Source: a virus (taxonomy: Duplodnaviria; Caudoviricetes). Taken from it: DNA of 64,000 bases. The notes under the pieces were generated by a model. That model did not search any database. It was not told the DNA's origin and saw only the letters and a list, made by a program, of their open reading frames with translations. Shown piece by piece: positions 30,218 through 40,936 of this stretch; the first letter of the stretch is position 1, and the number at the start of each line of letters is the position of its first letter. The position numbers and the translations under genes are program-made. The stretch is from the IMG/VR virus record IMGVR_UViG_3300015607_004069, positions 64,001 to 128,000 of that record; one strand, written 5' to 3'.

Positions 30218-30916
30218 ATGCGATTGTATTGCTTGCTGACTGAAAGAAAAGAAGGGCCATACTGGCCCGTAGCATGGTCTGACAAAATCATATCAAATCC
30301 AAAGTTCATCGACTTTTTACAAAATCTTGGTATATCTGGTAAAATAGGCAAGCCAATGCATGGTGGAGTAGGACGAGCCTATCCAGTCGGCGACCAATAT
30401 ATTGTCAAATTTACCACCGATGCCAAAGAAGCGGGAGCAGCTGCGACCATTAAAGGCCATAATTCCGATCATGCAGCAGACATTTATGCCGTTCATAGAG
30501 TCGGCATGTTTGACCACCCTAGTGACAATCGCAAGATCAATCTATACGCTATAGTCATGCAGAGGTTAAATACAGGAGTCAGTAAGAAATTTCGATCGGC
30601 AGGAAACGCAGTTTATAGCTATTTAGATGACCATTCTGGCTTCATTGAAAATCCGGAGACAATGATAGACACAGTCATTTCCAGATATCTCAATGAAAAG
30701 CAGAAGAATGATCCGGCTGTAATATCATCAATATCAAAAGTCGTATACGCATTGTACGACATACAGCAAAAAACAGGCGTATTATCTCAAGACCCACATG
30801 GTGGCAATATTGCTTTCAAAAGCAGGAAGCCTGCCTTCTTCGATTTCGGGCGGTCCAGTACCAATTATGCCCATCCTAAAACGCAGGGTGTAAAAATCAC
30901 CCCATTAATGCAATAA
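30218..30916 (+). CDS. Protein kinase-like (APH/ePK fold) protein
   Basis: GGVGRAY, IVKFT..E, DPHGGNI, FDFG. Confidence 0.7.
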   Translation: MRLYCLLTERKEGPYWPVAWSDKIISNPKFIDFLQNLGISGKIGKPMHGGVGRAYPVGDQYIVKFTTDAKEAGAAATIKGHNSDHAADIYAVHRVGMFDHPSDNRKINLYAIVMQRLNTGVSKKFRSAGNAVYSYLDDHSGFIENPETMIDTVISRYLNEKQKNDPAVISSISKVVYALYDIQQKTGVLSQDPHGGNIAFKSRKPAFFDFGRSSTNYAHPKTQGVKITPLMQ

Positions 30917-30937
30917 ATCATAGTATTACAATAGTAT

Positions 30938-31225
30938 ATGAATAAAACAGAAAAACACGAACTGTCGAAGCTAGATGCATATTTGGGTATTCCTGACGGT
31001 TGCACATATGCCGCTATTGTGGAAAACGGTTGTTCAGAGAAACTGATGGATGCCCTAGCAGGATTGGATATTAGCATCAATGATTTCGGCATGATAAGCA
31101 AAGCTGACCGAATTAAATGGCGGAATCTATGTATGGCCGCTGGAGTAAGTCGCGCTTATTGGAAAAGCAATGATGATTTTCAGTCGTTTCCGGTCGAGAT
31201 CACTGATCTTACCATTGATGACTGA
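30938..31225 (+). CDS. Hypothetical protein
   Basis: 95-aa ORF. Confidence 0.45.
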   Translation: MNKTEKHELSKLDAYLGIPDGCTYAAIVENGCSEKLMDALAGLDISINDFGMISKADRIKWRNLCMAAGVSRAYWKSNDDFQSFPVEITDLTIDD

Positions 31226-32039
31226 TATATTCTATTGTTCCATTTTGCACTAATTCAGTGACTTCCGATGTCTCTGGAAACATTGTCGGCACTTTACTAT
31301 CCAATGCGCTGTTTAACAGAAAATAAGCATTCTGCCAATGGCTTAGGTGAACATCGGCACCTATGTTATTGGACATGAATGTCTTTGTTATTATTTGAAC
31401 CTTGTTTTGCCGAACCATAATAGCGGCGACTATCGCGTCCCATAAGGTTCTATGATGATCATTCGCTATCATCTGCTTAATATCAGAACCAGCTATATCA
31501 CCTATATCATCAAACCTGATAGTCCTATTATTTCTATATTCCATCCATTGGTTGATGACATCGGTAAATTTCTGGGCTGTGGAACCCCAGCCCCAACAAG
31601 AAAATCTGTGTGTGGCAAATACATCATAAGGATACTGCAATAGTTTATGATTAAACAATGATGGGAATGATCCGACAGACATGACTTTTTCATCAGTAGC
31701 GTATCTATCAAGCATTATAGTCATTGATTCATACCAATGTTGAGCTGGTATGACATCGTCTTCTAATACGACGAAGGATTCATGCTGTTTAATGACTTCT
31801 TGGATGCCGAACATGATATTGGCGGCACAACCATAATTTTTATCTCTTTGTACGATTTCGACATTCTGATCCTTGAGTATATCTAGGCACTGTTGTGTAA
31901 GTGCCTGTTCCTGTTGATCACGATGTCCGTCGATAAATCCAATAATCAGTTCCGGTTTAACACTTTGATTATTTATAGCATCGACCACTTTTTTCAATTT
32001 ATGTGGTCTGTTAAAGGCAAATAAAATTAACGGTGTCAT
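31209..32039 (-). CDS. GT-A fold glycosyltransferase
   Basis: LFAFNRP, FIDG, NYGCAANI, VVLEDD, CWGWG. Confidence 0.85.
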   Translation of the reverse strand: MTPLILFAFNRPHKLKKVVDAINNQSVKPELIIGFIDGHRDQQEQALTQQCLDILKDQNVEIVQRDKNYGCAANIMFGIQEVIKQHESFVVLEDDVIPAQHWYESMTIMLDRYATDEKVMSVGSFPSLFNHKLLQYPYDVFATHRFSCWGWGSTAQKFTDVINQWMEYRNNRTIRFDDIGDIAGSDIKQMIANDHHRTLWDAIVAAIMVRQNKVQIITKTFMSNNIGADVHLSHWQNAYFLLNSALDSKVPTMFPETSEVTELVQNGTIEYISHQW

Positions 32040-32085
32040 AGTTGACCATTTAAAATTAGTGGGAATGAGATATTATTATCTGACA

Positions 32086-33582
32086 TTATTGTATATCGTA
32101 TCGTTGTCTGTAAAATTCATATAGCGCTGCGGTATTTTGATCTCTAATGATGGTCGCTGCTTCTTCTGTTTCTTCGAGTCCTGCAGCATAGGGTCTAAAT
32201 AGAATGATTTCAGCTGCTTGCCAATATCCACCATACATTTCAGTTTCGTCCAGATCATTATCTGGGCCATAATAATATGATACACCAATAGTCGGTAAAT
32301 TAGCCGCCGGTGCATTATTTAAATCATTAGATGCACTATTGACAACAAGGTTGCCATTCAACCACATTTTGAATTCATTATTGCGTCCACGTACTTGATA
32401 GATATGCCATTGAGTCAGATCTATAGGCAATGGAAATAATTCGCGTCGGACATCAGAGCCAAAACGTTCATAAAGCACACCATTTGTTTCTGGATAATGC
32501 GTATCAGTATCATTTGTCTCTGGTGGCGTTGGTTCGCCAACCAGATACCATAGACCACTATCCTGTGTATCGAGCGGCGGTATTGGATGTAATCTTCTTA
32601 ATACAACCATTGCTTCATAGCCATCTTCTGGATTGCCAAAAATGTTTTGAGTAAAATCGGATGTATCTATGAATCTTAATCTGGTCCCGCCTTGGAACTC
32701 GATAGCATTAAATGTAACATTTCCAGATGAAACACCAGTTCTGTAGATGGGTCTAAGCGATAAATGGTCTTGGTATATTAAACCACCATTATAGGCCCAG
32801 ATACTGACTGGGTCGCCATCCAGAGCTGGATCGCCTGCATCACCGGGAGTCTGTTTAAAGACCACAGGACTTTCTGCAATGACTGGGTCTGGGTGATTAT
32901 TAGCAGTGAGCATAATACCCATAATATTTGGATACAGAGGTAATGTTCTTTGTGTCACGGTACTGGTGAATTCCGATTGGCCTACGGTGGTTTTTGCTGC
33001 TACTCTAAATACGTAGGTTGTATCAGTCGCAAGGCCTGTAATATCTGCTGATGTTTGTACAACTTCACCAAATGTCGCAAACGATGGTTCTTCTGACTGA
33101 CGATATTGGACCACAAATGTGAGATTGTCAGGGTCGGAACCTTTGTCTATTGGTTCTGTCCAGAGCAAATTAACTATCTCTTGTGAATACCCATCAACAA
33201 CAAGATTGATCGGTGCGCTGGGCGGTTCTGCAACGACAGCAGCGGCATCCAATCGCATAAAGTCCCTGAATTCAGCATCGGAAATTAATTCTAGCAGTTC
33301 CTGCTGGCTGAAGCTGTCTCCATACGATGAGCCGTCTTGGTTCGCTCCGCTGATCTTTAGAATTCCGTCAGATCCCCAAATCACGACTTTATAGAATGAA
33401 ACCAACCCATCTGGTTTGTTTGTATTCACACCAAGGATTGATAAAAACTGATCGAAGGCATGTTGTATGTTCGATGGATCGTCGGTTATCTTGCGGTAGC
33501 TGGATGGGTCTTTAATGCCTTCCCATGTCACAAATGAGCCATCTGTATTAATAGCTCCGCCATATGCATGCCAATATTTCAT
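32086..33582 (-). CDS. Fibronectin type III + LamG-like virion protein
   Basis: PSAPINL..LLWTEP..ITGLATDTTYVFRVAA; C-terminal lectin-like region. Confidence 0.75.
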   Translation of the reverse strand: MKYWHAYGGAINTDGSFVTWEGIKDPSSYRKITDDPSNIQHAFDQFLSILGVNTNKPDGLVSFYKVVIWGSDGILKISGANQDGSSYGDSFSQQELLELISDAEFRDFMRLDAAAVVAEPPSAPINLVVDGYSQEIVNLLWTEPIDKGSDPDNLTFVVQYRQSEEPSFATFGEVVQTSADITGLATDTTYVFRVAAKTTVGQSEFTSTVTQRTLPLYPNIMGIMLTANNHPDPVIAESPVVFKQTPGDAGDPALDGDPVSIWAYNGGLIYQDHLSLRPIYRTGVSSGNVTFNAIEFQGGTRLRFIDTSDFTQNIFGNPEDGYEAMVVLRRLHPIPPLDTQDSGLWYLVGEPTPPETNDTDTHYPETNGVLYERFGSDVRRELFPLPIDLTQWHIYQVRGRNNEFKMWLNGNLVVNSASNDLNNAPAANLPTIGVSYYYGPDNDLDETEMYGGYWQAAEIILFRPYAAGLEETEEAATIIRDQNTAALYEFYRQRYDIQ

Positions 33583-34041
33583 ATCTGTGATCTTTCGATG
33601 TTGGTTGAATGTATTTTAAATTTACATGAGACAAAATCAAGGAACTGTCATGACAATTAAAGATGTATGCCTGTTAGTTTGGATTATAACCATTCCGTCA
33701 TGCATTATCATCAACTGCCTAAAACTAGATGGGACGACCATTGCATTGTTAATTATTTTATGGCTGTTGCTGATTCAGTTCATGTTATTGGAATTCGATA
33801 TTAAATTGTGGAAGTTGAAATAATATTATTGGCTGACTTCAATAGGGGCCATTAATTCGACTCCGCAATAACAGCAGTAATTTGGGAAAAAATCTGTCGA
33901 ACCTCTTTTTATAAAGAAGGTGTTTTTGCAATTAGTGCATTCGACCTCTAAATGGGTACATTCAATTGGCGGGTGTTCTGGATAAAGATTCGCCATAATT
34001 ACTCTAGATTAGAATTGCTGACATAAATTTATGTCGGAAGT

Positions 34042-34557
34042 GTGTTAATAGGACTTAATCTTATGAAACTGTGTCAGACTATATTCATCTTTTGCGTTTC
34101 AATTTTGCTGCAAGAACCGCCGAAGAAATTAAACCTGACCCATACTACCAGTTTTGTTGTTTTTCCGGCTGATACGAATGCCAATCCTCCCATGGCCTTT
34201 GGTGGCAACCTCCTTGCCCATATGGATCGATGTGCTGCTATCACCACTAGGCGGTTTCTTTATGATTCGCCGGTAGGAGCAAAAGACTATGTAACTGTCG
34301 GATTAGACAAAGGTGTTTTTCATAAGGGAGCGAAAGTAAAAGATCTGATTTATGTGACAGGAACAGTAATAAAGGCCAAATCAAAAATCGTGGTAGTCAA
34401 AGTCATCGTAGAAAAAGAAATATCAAAGGACGTTAGGGAATTGCTGCTGGAAGCAGAATTCACTTTTTGTTCGGTGGAAATCACTAAAGACGATCAAGGG
34501 AATGACAAAGTGAAGGCCATCGAGCATAAATTGAATGTTGATAGTACTATGAAGTAG
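34042..34557 (+). CDS. Hotdog-fold acyl-CoA thioesterase
   Basis: VFPADTN..FGGNLLAHMD..A; VTVGLD..F. Confidence 0.8.
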   Translation: MLIGLNLMKLCQTIFIFCVSILLQEPPKKLNLTHTTSFVVFPADTNANPPMAFGGNLLAHMDRCAAITTRRFLYDSPVGAKDYVTVGLDKGVFHKGAKVKDLIYVTGTVIKAKSKIVVVKVIVEKEISKDVRELLLEAEFTFCSVEITKDDQGNDKVKAIEHKLNVDSTMK

Positions 34558-34751
34558 CAGCTGGCTGGGTTTTAGACTTATGCCTCTTAATAGCATGTGC
34601 GAGCATCAATTTATTGCCGATTTCATATAGTTCTTCTCTAGTGTACTTTTTGGAACACTTGGGACAGATTGTATTATAATAATACTTGTGTTTGTGCATT
34701 CTATACAGATTAATTGCAAATGATCTGGTGGCACAAACTGGTAAGGAGAAA

Positions 34752-35264
34752 ATGATGAAGATTCTGGCTCTTGACATTGATGGTGTTTTGACGACTTCTG
34801 AATCCGTCTGGAATAGTCACTTGCAGAGTCATGAATTTAATGCTGACTGTGTTAAACGTCTAAAACAAATCATTGCTGAGACGCAATGCCAGATACTTGT
34901 CACTTCATCATGGAGATTTCGTGGTGAACGCTGGATTAAGGGCTTTTTTAAGAAATCCGGCATTGATGTCCTTGATTTGACAAATGATTTGGGAAGACAA
35001 GGTAGAGGTGCAGAAATTAGGGAATGGGTAGCAAGAAATCCATCTGTCACTGCTGTGGTTGCAGTGGATGATGACTGGTTTGTTGGTGTACCTCTTGTTC
35101 AGACTTCATGGTCAGAAGGTCTAACAGATTCTGTGATGTCGGATCTGATTCGGCTCTTGAACCAGCAAAATAACATTCTTCGCAAAACCATGGACTTATC
35201 TGAACGGCATAAGGTCCGAAACCATTGTCGCAGAATTCGGCTGTCATTTTCGAATTGCAAATAG
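34752..35264 (+). CDS. HAD-family phosphatase (RNA-repair 'Swiss Army knife' type)
   Basis: LALDIDGVL, TSSWR, RGAEIREW, VAVDDD. Confidence 0.8.
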   Translation: MMKILALDIDGVLTTSESVWNSHLQSHEFNADCVKRLKQIIAETQCQILVTSSWRFRGERWIKGFFKKSGIDVLDLTNDLGRQGRGAEIREWVARNPSVTAVVAVDDDWFVGVPLVQTSWSEGLTDSVMSDLIRLLNQQNNILRKTMDLSERHKVRNHCRRIRLSFSNCK

Positions 35265-35461
35265 GACACAATTCTACTGGTTCACTAATGAAAATATCAA
35301 TTCCGCCGACCTCATTAGTAGCATACATTTTTCCATTATATGATTGCAGTTCGCCTTCTTCATAAAACATGGTTCGCTCCCGTTACATAACAATACAATA
35401 CTAATCTCGTGTCGTTGAAAGACATACAGTATCATAACCAGACCACGGATCGAGATAAGCT

Positions 35462-35731
35462 ATGAAACATGTTAAGACGGTCACTGTACCAGCTACCACA
35501 CGTGAGTTGGTCGAAAAAGTGACATGTGATTTGTGCCAAAAGATCATTAAGAAAGGTTATCATGAAATAGATGAGGTGATTATTTCACATAGTGTTGGCT
35601 TCAATTCAGCTTCTGGTGGCAATCAGACCATAGAACTGGTTGATATGTGTGGCGAATGCTTTCAGACCAAATTCAAAGACTGGTTAAAAAGTATGGGTGT
35701 TAAGACCACCGCACAGGAATGTGATTGGTAG
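35462..35731 (+). CDS. Small zinc-finger protein
   Basis: CDLC and CGEC. Confidence 0.55.
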   Translation: MKHVKTVTVPATTRELVEKVTCDLCQKIIKKGYHEIDEVIISHSVGFNSASGGNQTIELVDMCGECFQTKFKDWLKSMGVKTTAQECDW

Positions 35732-35750
35732 GATCTATTCAGGAGACACT

Positions 35751-36212
35751 ATGGCTATCAGAGCGTTATTGCTAGGAGATAGAGAATGTGCACTCATTGA
35801 GCGTGTGGTCAAACACGCCTTCCGTTTTCCGGTATCACTGACCAAAGTAAAAGAAACAATAGCTGGCACTGAACCACCTGTCGGTGATAATCCTGAATTT
35901 TGCTGCATCATTCCTAACGGCTTCAGATGCGTCTTTTCCTTTGAAGAGCAGCCACACGGCTGGTGTCGTCATCTTTCGATCTCAATTCCGACCGTCGATG
36001 GTGCACCGAGTCCGATTGCTGTGGAAATGTTGATGCCAGCTTTTGGATTTACCGGTAAATTGACTGACTGTTATGTCTGGGTCACTCGTCAACCTCATTT
36101 CTGTGTTGAGGTTCTACAACTGGTCACTGATGAAGACGAAAAGGGCCAATTGGTCTGGAATATGACATATAGAACCATGAAAGAAGCAAAACGCGAACAA
36201 CCATTGATGTGA
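35751..36212 (+). CDS. Hypothetical protein
   Basis: AGGAG RBS; RHLSIS motif. Confidence 0.55.
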   Translation: MAIRALLLGDRECALIERVVKHAFRFPVSLTKVKETIAGTEPPVGDNPEFCCIIPNGFRCVFSFEEQPHGWCRHLSISIPTVDGAPSPIAVEMLMPAFGFTGKLTDCYVWVTRQPHFCVEVLQLVTDEDEKGQLVWNMTYRTMKEAKREQPLM

Positions 36213-36565
36213 GTATCATTATGGAAAAACAGGCTTATAAATTCTATAACACGGTGTCGTCTGCTGGTCTACATGACTGGATTCGATATAAGGGAGTAAA
36301 GGAGTCGGTTGACGGTACAGTGTTGCATATTTATGATGATCTAGTGTCGGTAGACAATACGGCCAGCGATGCAGAGTGGGCAGAAATGATGCTACGTGCC
36401 AATGAAATCACTGAGGAAGATTTCATGCTGACAGTTCAAGATTTTCTGGCTGATATCAAAGGAACGTGCGATGACACCAGTCAGAAGATCGCCAATAGTT
36501 TAGAAAACTGGCCTGATGATTATTGGCAAGATAAGGAATTACTACGGATTATGAGAATCTATTAG
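36209..36565 (+). CDS. Hypothetical protein
   Basis: 118-aa ORF in operon. Confidence 0.5.
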   Translation: MSIIMEKQAYKFYNTVSSAGLHDWIRYKGVKESVDGTVLHIYDDLVSVDNTASDAEWAEMMLRANEITEEDFMLTVQDFLADIKGTCDDTSQKIANSLENWPDDYWQDKELLRIMRIY

Positions 36566-36712
36566 TCCCACGCCATTGGATTAGAGGTACGTAGTTGTGC
36601 GGCTGATTCTTTATACCATTGAATGACTTTTTCAAAGTCGTCCGATGGTACCCCAAGTTCAGTGCATATTCTTTTAGCACCGATGATGCTGATGAACAGA
36701 ATATCGCCGCTG

Positions 36713-37129
36713 TTAGTGTTTTTGGTGAGACACTGCAGCATTGCCATCAAGACTGTTAATGATGTCTCTAAGGATGGCCGATCTGTCTGGATTGAACATG
36801 GGTGAGCAACAACCCGCTCCGAAGGCCGGAGCGAGTTCCCAATGCGGCTGTGTGATAATGTAGTCGTAGATGCCACAAGTGTACCTCTGGTGTTCATTTT
36901 GTTTCACTTCGATAGGGGTCAGATGAATACAGGAATAGTCTGTAGAACTGGTCACGCTTCCGAAAGGGCATGGTCCACGTTTACAGCAGAAGCCAGAGCC
37001 TACGCAAGGCGAGGCACCATCATATAATGGTAGTGGGGAACGGGTCATACTAGCCAGTGATACACATCGAATTTCCATTAATTCGGTTGGATAGAAATTA
37101 ATGAGGGATTTTATCGTATTAGTCTCCAT
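36713..37129 (-). CDS. Cys-rich putative Fe-S/Zn protein (YkgJ-like)
   Basis: CVGSGFCC..C, CIHL, CGIY, GAGCC. Confidence 0.5.
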   Translation of the reverse strand: METNTIKSLINFYPTELMEIRCVSLASMTRSPLPLYDGASPCVGSGFCCKRGPCPFGSVTSSTDYSCIHLTPIEVKQNEHQRYTCGIYDYIITQPHWELAPAFGAGCCSPMFNPDRSAILRDIINSLDGNAAVSHQKH

Positions 37130-37144
37130 AGGAAATGTTTTGGA

Positions 37145-37792
37145 GTGTATATGGCACGCTTAGCGGAAATCAATGGAAAAAGGAAGCACCTCGTCGTCGT
37201 TTGTGAGGGTGCTCTCAGTCGGCTTTTGAGTAAGTCTGGGCATCCTTTTGCTATCATGACTGCATACCGTGGAAATCTATCCAAGGAGCAGAATATTGCT
37301 AGAAACAGGAATCTCAGATCGTCTCTGAATGCAAATCGCATGGGTGTCCATCAGCTGATCGGACACTATCAAGAGCAGATCAATCAAAGTATTCCTTTCG
37401 AACAGTCTGATCACAGAAATCTGCGTGATGTGGTAGAACGATCATACTTTGTCAGCAAGCCGGGCGACATGCCGTTTGATGATTTTCGTTCTATTATTTT
37501 GAAACTTGCTTCTGATTTCGATCAGGATAGCGTGGTGCTGGGCGACGGCCAGCAGGTCAAACTTGTGTTCGTCAATGGCGAGGTTATCGACTTGGGCAAT
37601 CGTGTCTCTGTGAATAAGATCGGCCAAGCATATAGCCAACATATTAGAAAGATGAATGTGCCTTTTGTATTTGAAGGGATCGAGTCGCCTGTCAGCAACG
37701 CCGGTCGTTTAGGGTTTGCCAGATTGGGTCTTTTGGCCCCAGATGCTCATGAGCCTACAATCGATCTAATGGTTGAAGAGATATTAAATTAA
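37145..37792 (+). CDS. Conserved phage protein (DUF3293-like)
   Basis: FAIMTAYRG..N..RN..L; E.SYFV; FDQDSV. Confidence 0.6.
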   Translation: MYMARLAEINGKRKHLVVVCEGALSRLLSKSGHPFAIMTAYRGNLSKEQNIARNRNLRSSLNANRMGVHQLIGHYQEQINQSIPFEQSDHRNLRDVVERSYFVSKPGDMPFDDFRSIILKLASDFDQDSVVLGDGQQVKLVFVNGEVIDLGNRVSVNKIGQAYSQHIRKMNVPFVFEGIESPVSNAGRLGFARLGLLAPDAHEPTIDLMVEEILN

Positions 37793-37829
37793 TGATGGCC
37801 GAGAGGCTACCCGCACTCTCGGCCATCAT
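37792..37829 (+). terminator. Hairpin
   Basis: atgatggccgagag / ctctcggccatcat. Confidence 0.6.
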
Positions 37830-38715
37830 ATTCGTCCTAAGGCGAATGCTAATTATTCCACTCTAATTTTGTGAGACAGTATCGAATGAATATGAGCAAA
37901 TTTGATAAATTCATTGTTCTAATGTCCAACCCATATTTTATGGGTATGTTCGGATTCATTGTTGGTGTGATTGTGCAGATGAAAGGTCCAAAATGAATGA
38001 CGATCATAAGTTCCTTGCTGTAATATTGGCAGCAGGTGGCATCTGCGCATTTATGTCAGCTATTGGATATGCCGTTTTTGGCTATGAATGGTGGGTGCCA
38101 ATCGGAAGTGATAAATTAGAACGTTGGTCAGTTTTAATTGGTCTTCATTTGGTATTGTTAATATTGGGTGGGTGGTCAATCCACTTGATCATTCAAGATA
38201 TTCACGCTACCTCAGCGCGAGTATACAAGCCTAGGAGGTAGTCATGCCAGAAGAAATTCATACAGCAGAAGTCAAAGTGACATCGACATGCCCAACTTGT
38301 GGCAAGCCATATGTGAGAACTGAATACGCACTGATGGTTATGCAATATCCTAATATATGTGGCTTGACCATGTGTGATAAATGCGATGAAGATGATCTCA
38401 TTATGGTTAGATTGAATAAAACTTATTGAACAAAGAGAGACAAACCATGAGCCGTATAAGGAAGCCTGTCTTGTAGGTACCAACCTACAGGAGCAGGAAA
38501 ATGTTCGAGTCAATGTTCAGGCACCCACGTTCTACTCAAGAACGACGGGCTGTCGGTCGTCGTGGCGTAATTCAGCATGATGAGTATAGAATTTTCATAA
38601 GAGGGAAGAGAAGGCACTCACAGTTGCCAGACTCTTATGATGACATCATCAAATCGAATTTCACAAATCTTAAAAGGTCTTGGAAATACAAGACCAAAAA
38701 TCGTCACCAATATGA

Positions 38716-39675
38716 TTAATTGTCGTTGGCGTATGCGATGACTTTTTCTACATAGACAAAACCTTTCGTTCTGAACCAGTCTACACCAAATTTTGTAGCC
38801 GTTTTAAAGGCTCGGTTTGCTAATGTCTGATCGATTACTAAAATACCATCTCTATATATTTTGAAATTATCACCTTTAGTAACTATTCTGACTGATATAG
38901 AGCTATAATTAGCGTTGCCGTCATTGTCTGATAATCCTAGACTACCAAGAGAGCTGGGTGTACCATTGATTATCCGAACAGGTGCCAAAAAGGGCGGAGA
39001 ATGATAAATATACCATCCATTGTTATTATCAACAGTGTTGAAATGAATGCCCATTCCAGAACCAAAATTAGGATCGATTGTTAGATCGAAAGTTATATCA
39101 ATGTCCGCATGATTAGCGTCATTTTCTATGCCGACATTGTTCGTTGTGCCATTACCCAAATCGAGTTTCCCGCCTGACAATAGATATGATGAGGGAAATA
39201 CTTCTGTCCATGGATTGCCTATATCTGGTGTGTGACTTGTTAATCCACCTGTTCCATCGAAATTATCTAAAAATATAGGAGTCGGTTCAGGCGGTCCGGG
39301 CGGTTCTGGGATAATCGGAGAAGTATCAATAAATTCGCGTATAAAATCAGAATCTGTATTAAGAATAGCGCCAATATTGGTTAATGTACTATTGGTAACT
39401 GGATCTATTAAATCGCTATCTTCGGCAATGATGACTTCAAGACCATGGACATTTGTAAAAGAGAATCGAAAGACAGTGTTGGTAATATTTTGATCGATAA
39501 TAGATGTTTTTGCCCTTAAACCGAGAGAATTTATTAAATCAACTATTAGTGGTAATGTAGAAACATCTGGGCCAGTTTTGTAAAAACCAGAACCGTCTTT
39601 ACTATAGGCCGATGATGTCCATGTGCCATCACGATAGGTTACGATAGTCGTTAAATACCAGATTGTTTTGCTCAT
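38716..39675 (-). CDS. Virion protein with C-terminal lectin-like domain
   Basis: Pro linker PEPPGPPEP; FLDNF..L..HTPD.G..W beta-sandwich. Confidence 0.6.
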   Translation of the reverse strand: MSKTIWYLTTIVTYRDGTWTSSAYSKDGSGFYKTGPDVSTLPLIVDLINSLGLRAKTSIIDQNITNTVFRFSFTNVHGLEVIIAEDSDLIDPVTNSTLTNIGAILNTDSDFIREFIDTSPIIPEPPGPPEPTPIFLDNFDGTGGLTSHTPDIGNPWTEVFPSSYLLSGGKLDLGNGTTNNVGIENDANHADIDITFDLTIDPNFGSGMGIHFNTVDNNNGWYIYHSPPFLAPVRIINGTPSSLGSLGLSDNDGNANYSSISVRIVTKGDNFKIYRDGILVIDQTLANRAFKTATKFGVDWFRTKGFVYVEKVIAYANDN

Positions 39676-39679
39676 AAAA

Positions 39680-40039
39680 CTATATTTGGTTCGTTAATTT
39701 CCAGAATCGTTCTCGTAATGCTCTATATACGCCCTTTCCTCTGTGTTTTTCGGCCACAAAAGCATTGACCGTCCACGACTCGATTTTTTGCCCTAGTGGA
39801 TCATAGGACAACCAGCCTATGATTTCACCTTCATACATAGCAAATAGAAAATAGGGATCGCGGCGATAGGTTTGAATCATCCATGCGATTCCTGACCCCT
39901 TTAGTTCGATGGTTACACCGGTTTTCTCATCGTATTCACAGTTTGCACCGAGAGTCAGATTATTTAAAATATGGCATTTTATTTTGTCAGTTAAACAACT
40001 GAATTTGATGAAATTCTTAAAGACGTATAGGTTTTCCAT
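39680..40039 (-). CDS. GNAT acetyltransferase
   Basis: FVAEKHRGKGVYRAL. Confidence 0.65.
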   Translation of the reverse strand: MENLYVFKNFIKFSCLTDKIKCHILNNLTLGANCEYDEKTGVTIELKGSGIAWMIQTYRRDPYFLFAMYEGEIIGWLSYDPLGQKIESWTVNAFVAEKHRGKGVYRALRERFWKLTNQI

Positions 40040-40433
40040 TTAAACACCCCTTCAGAATTCTCAGAACGGTAGGCTTATGATACTTGATTTCCTTAGCATT
40101 GTCATATAATACATCGACAATCGTTTTGGCGATCTGCTTAATTAGTTCTTCAGTTATTAATTTCCTTCTGATGAAAATGTTTTGTGTCGCTGGTGATTTC
40201 CAATTATAGATTTTATCTGGATGCATGGGTCTAAATAGGCCATCAAACACTTCCAATTTACCATCCTGAAAATCAACCCAGTCATCAGTTGACATCGATT
40301 CGAGCAATGTGCTAAGAGTTGATTTCTGGTTCTTTTTATCTGTCAACAGCCAGCGTGGTTTATTATGGATAACAACATAGACCACAATCTGACCGCGCAC
40401 TTTTGCTAACGCTTTAATGTCTTGTTCTGTCAT
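40017..40433 (-). CDS. Hypothetical protein
   Basis: Operonic ORF. Confidence 0.5.
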   Translation of the reverse strand: MTEQDIKALAKVRGQIVVYVVIHNKPRWLLTDKKNQKSTLSTLLESMSTDDWVDFQDGKLEVFDGLFRPMHPDKIYNWKSPATQNIFIRRKLITEELIKQIAKTIVDVLYDNAKEIKYHKPTVLRILKGCLNGKPIRL

Positions 40434-40924
40434 TGGTATCTCCGAGTTACTCTAGGTTGCTCTAGGTTGCTTTCTATAGCCAGTCTGTCAATGATTTTTA
40501 ATTCTTCTACTGTACGTCCGTCACGGTTTCCACCAATTAGGCTCCAGAACTTCAATTCAATATCATCTGGCCAATTAGAATTAAGAGGCTGGCCAATGTA
40601 GATCGGCTCCAGATAATGATCGACTATGGCCCACCAAATGACATCGCCGTGATCTTCATGGTATTCTGTGGCATGTTTCAGCTGATGATACTCTTTGAAC
40701 ATTTCATATAGCGTATCTATGGCGAGCTTGGCCATTGACAGCTTGATTGTCATCTGTTCTAATATGCCATCCTTGATTTTTTGATCTGACAGATAATACT
40801 TCTCATCGAGAACTTTTTCACCGGTTTTCTTGGCATGTACTATAAAATCTTCGACCATCTGGTCAAGAATGCAAGTGATTTCTGCTCCCGCTTCAAAAGC
40901 GATCTTGATTTGTTCTTCTTTCAT
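40430..40924 (-). CDS. Hypothetical protein
   Basis: Operonic ORF. Confidence 0.5.
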   Translation of the reverse strand: MKEEQIKIAFEAGAEITCILDQMVEDFIVHAKKTGEKVLDEKYYLSDQKIKDGILEQMTIKLSMAKLAIDTLYEMFKEYHQLKHATEYHEDHGDVIWWAIVDHYLEPIYIGQPLNSNWPDDIELKFWSLIGGNRDGRTVEELKIIDRLAIESNLEQPRVTRRYQ

Positions 40925-40936
40925 CTATTATTAATA

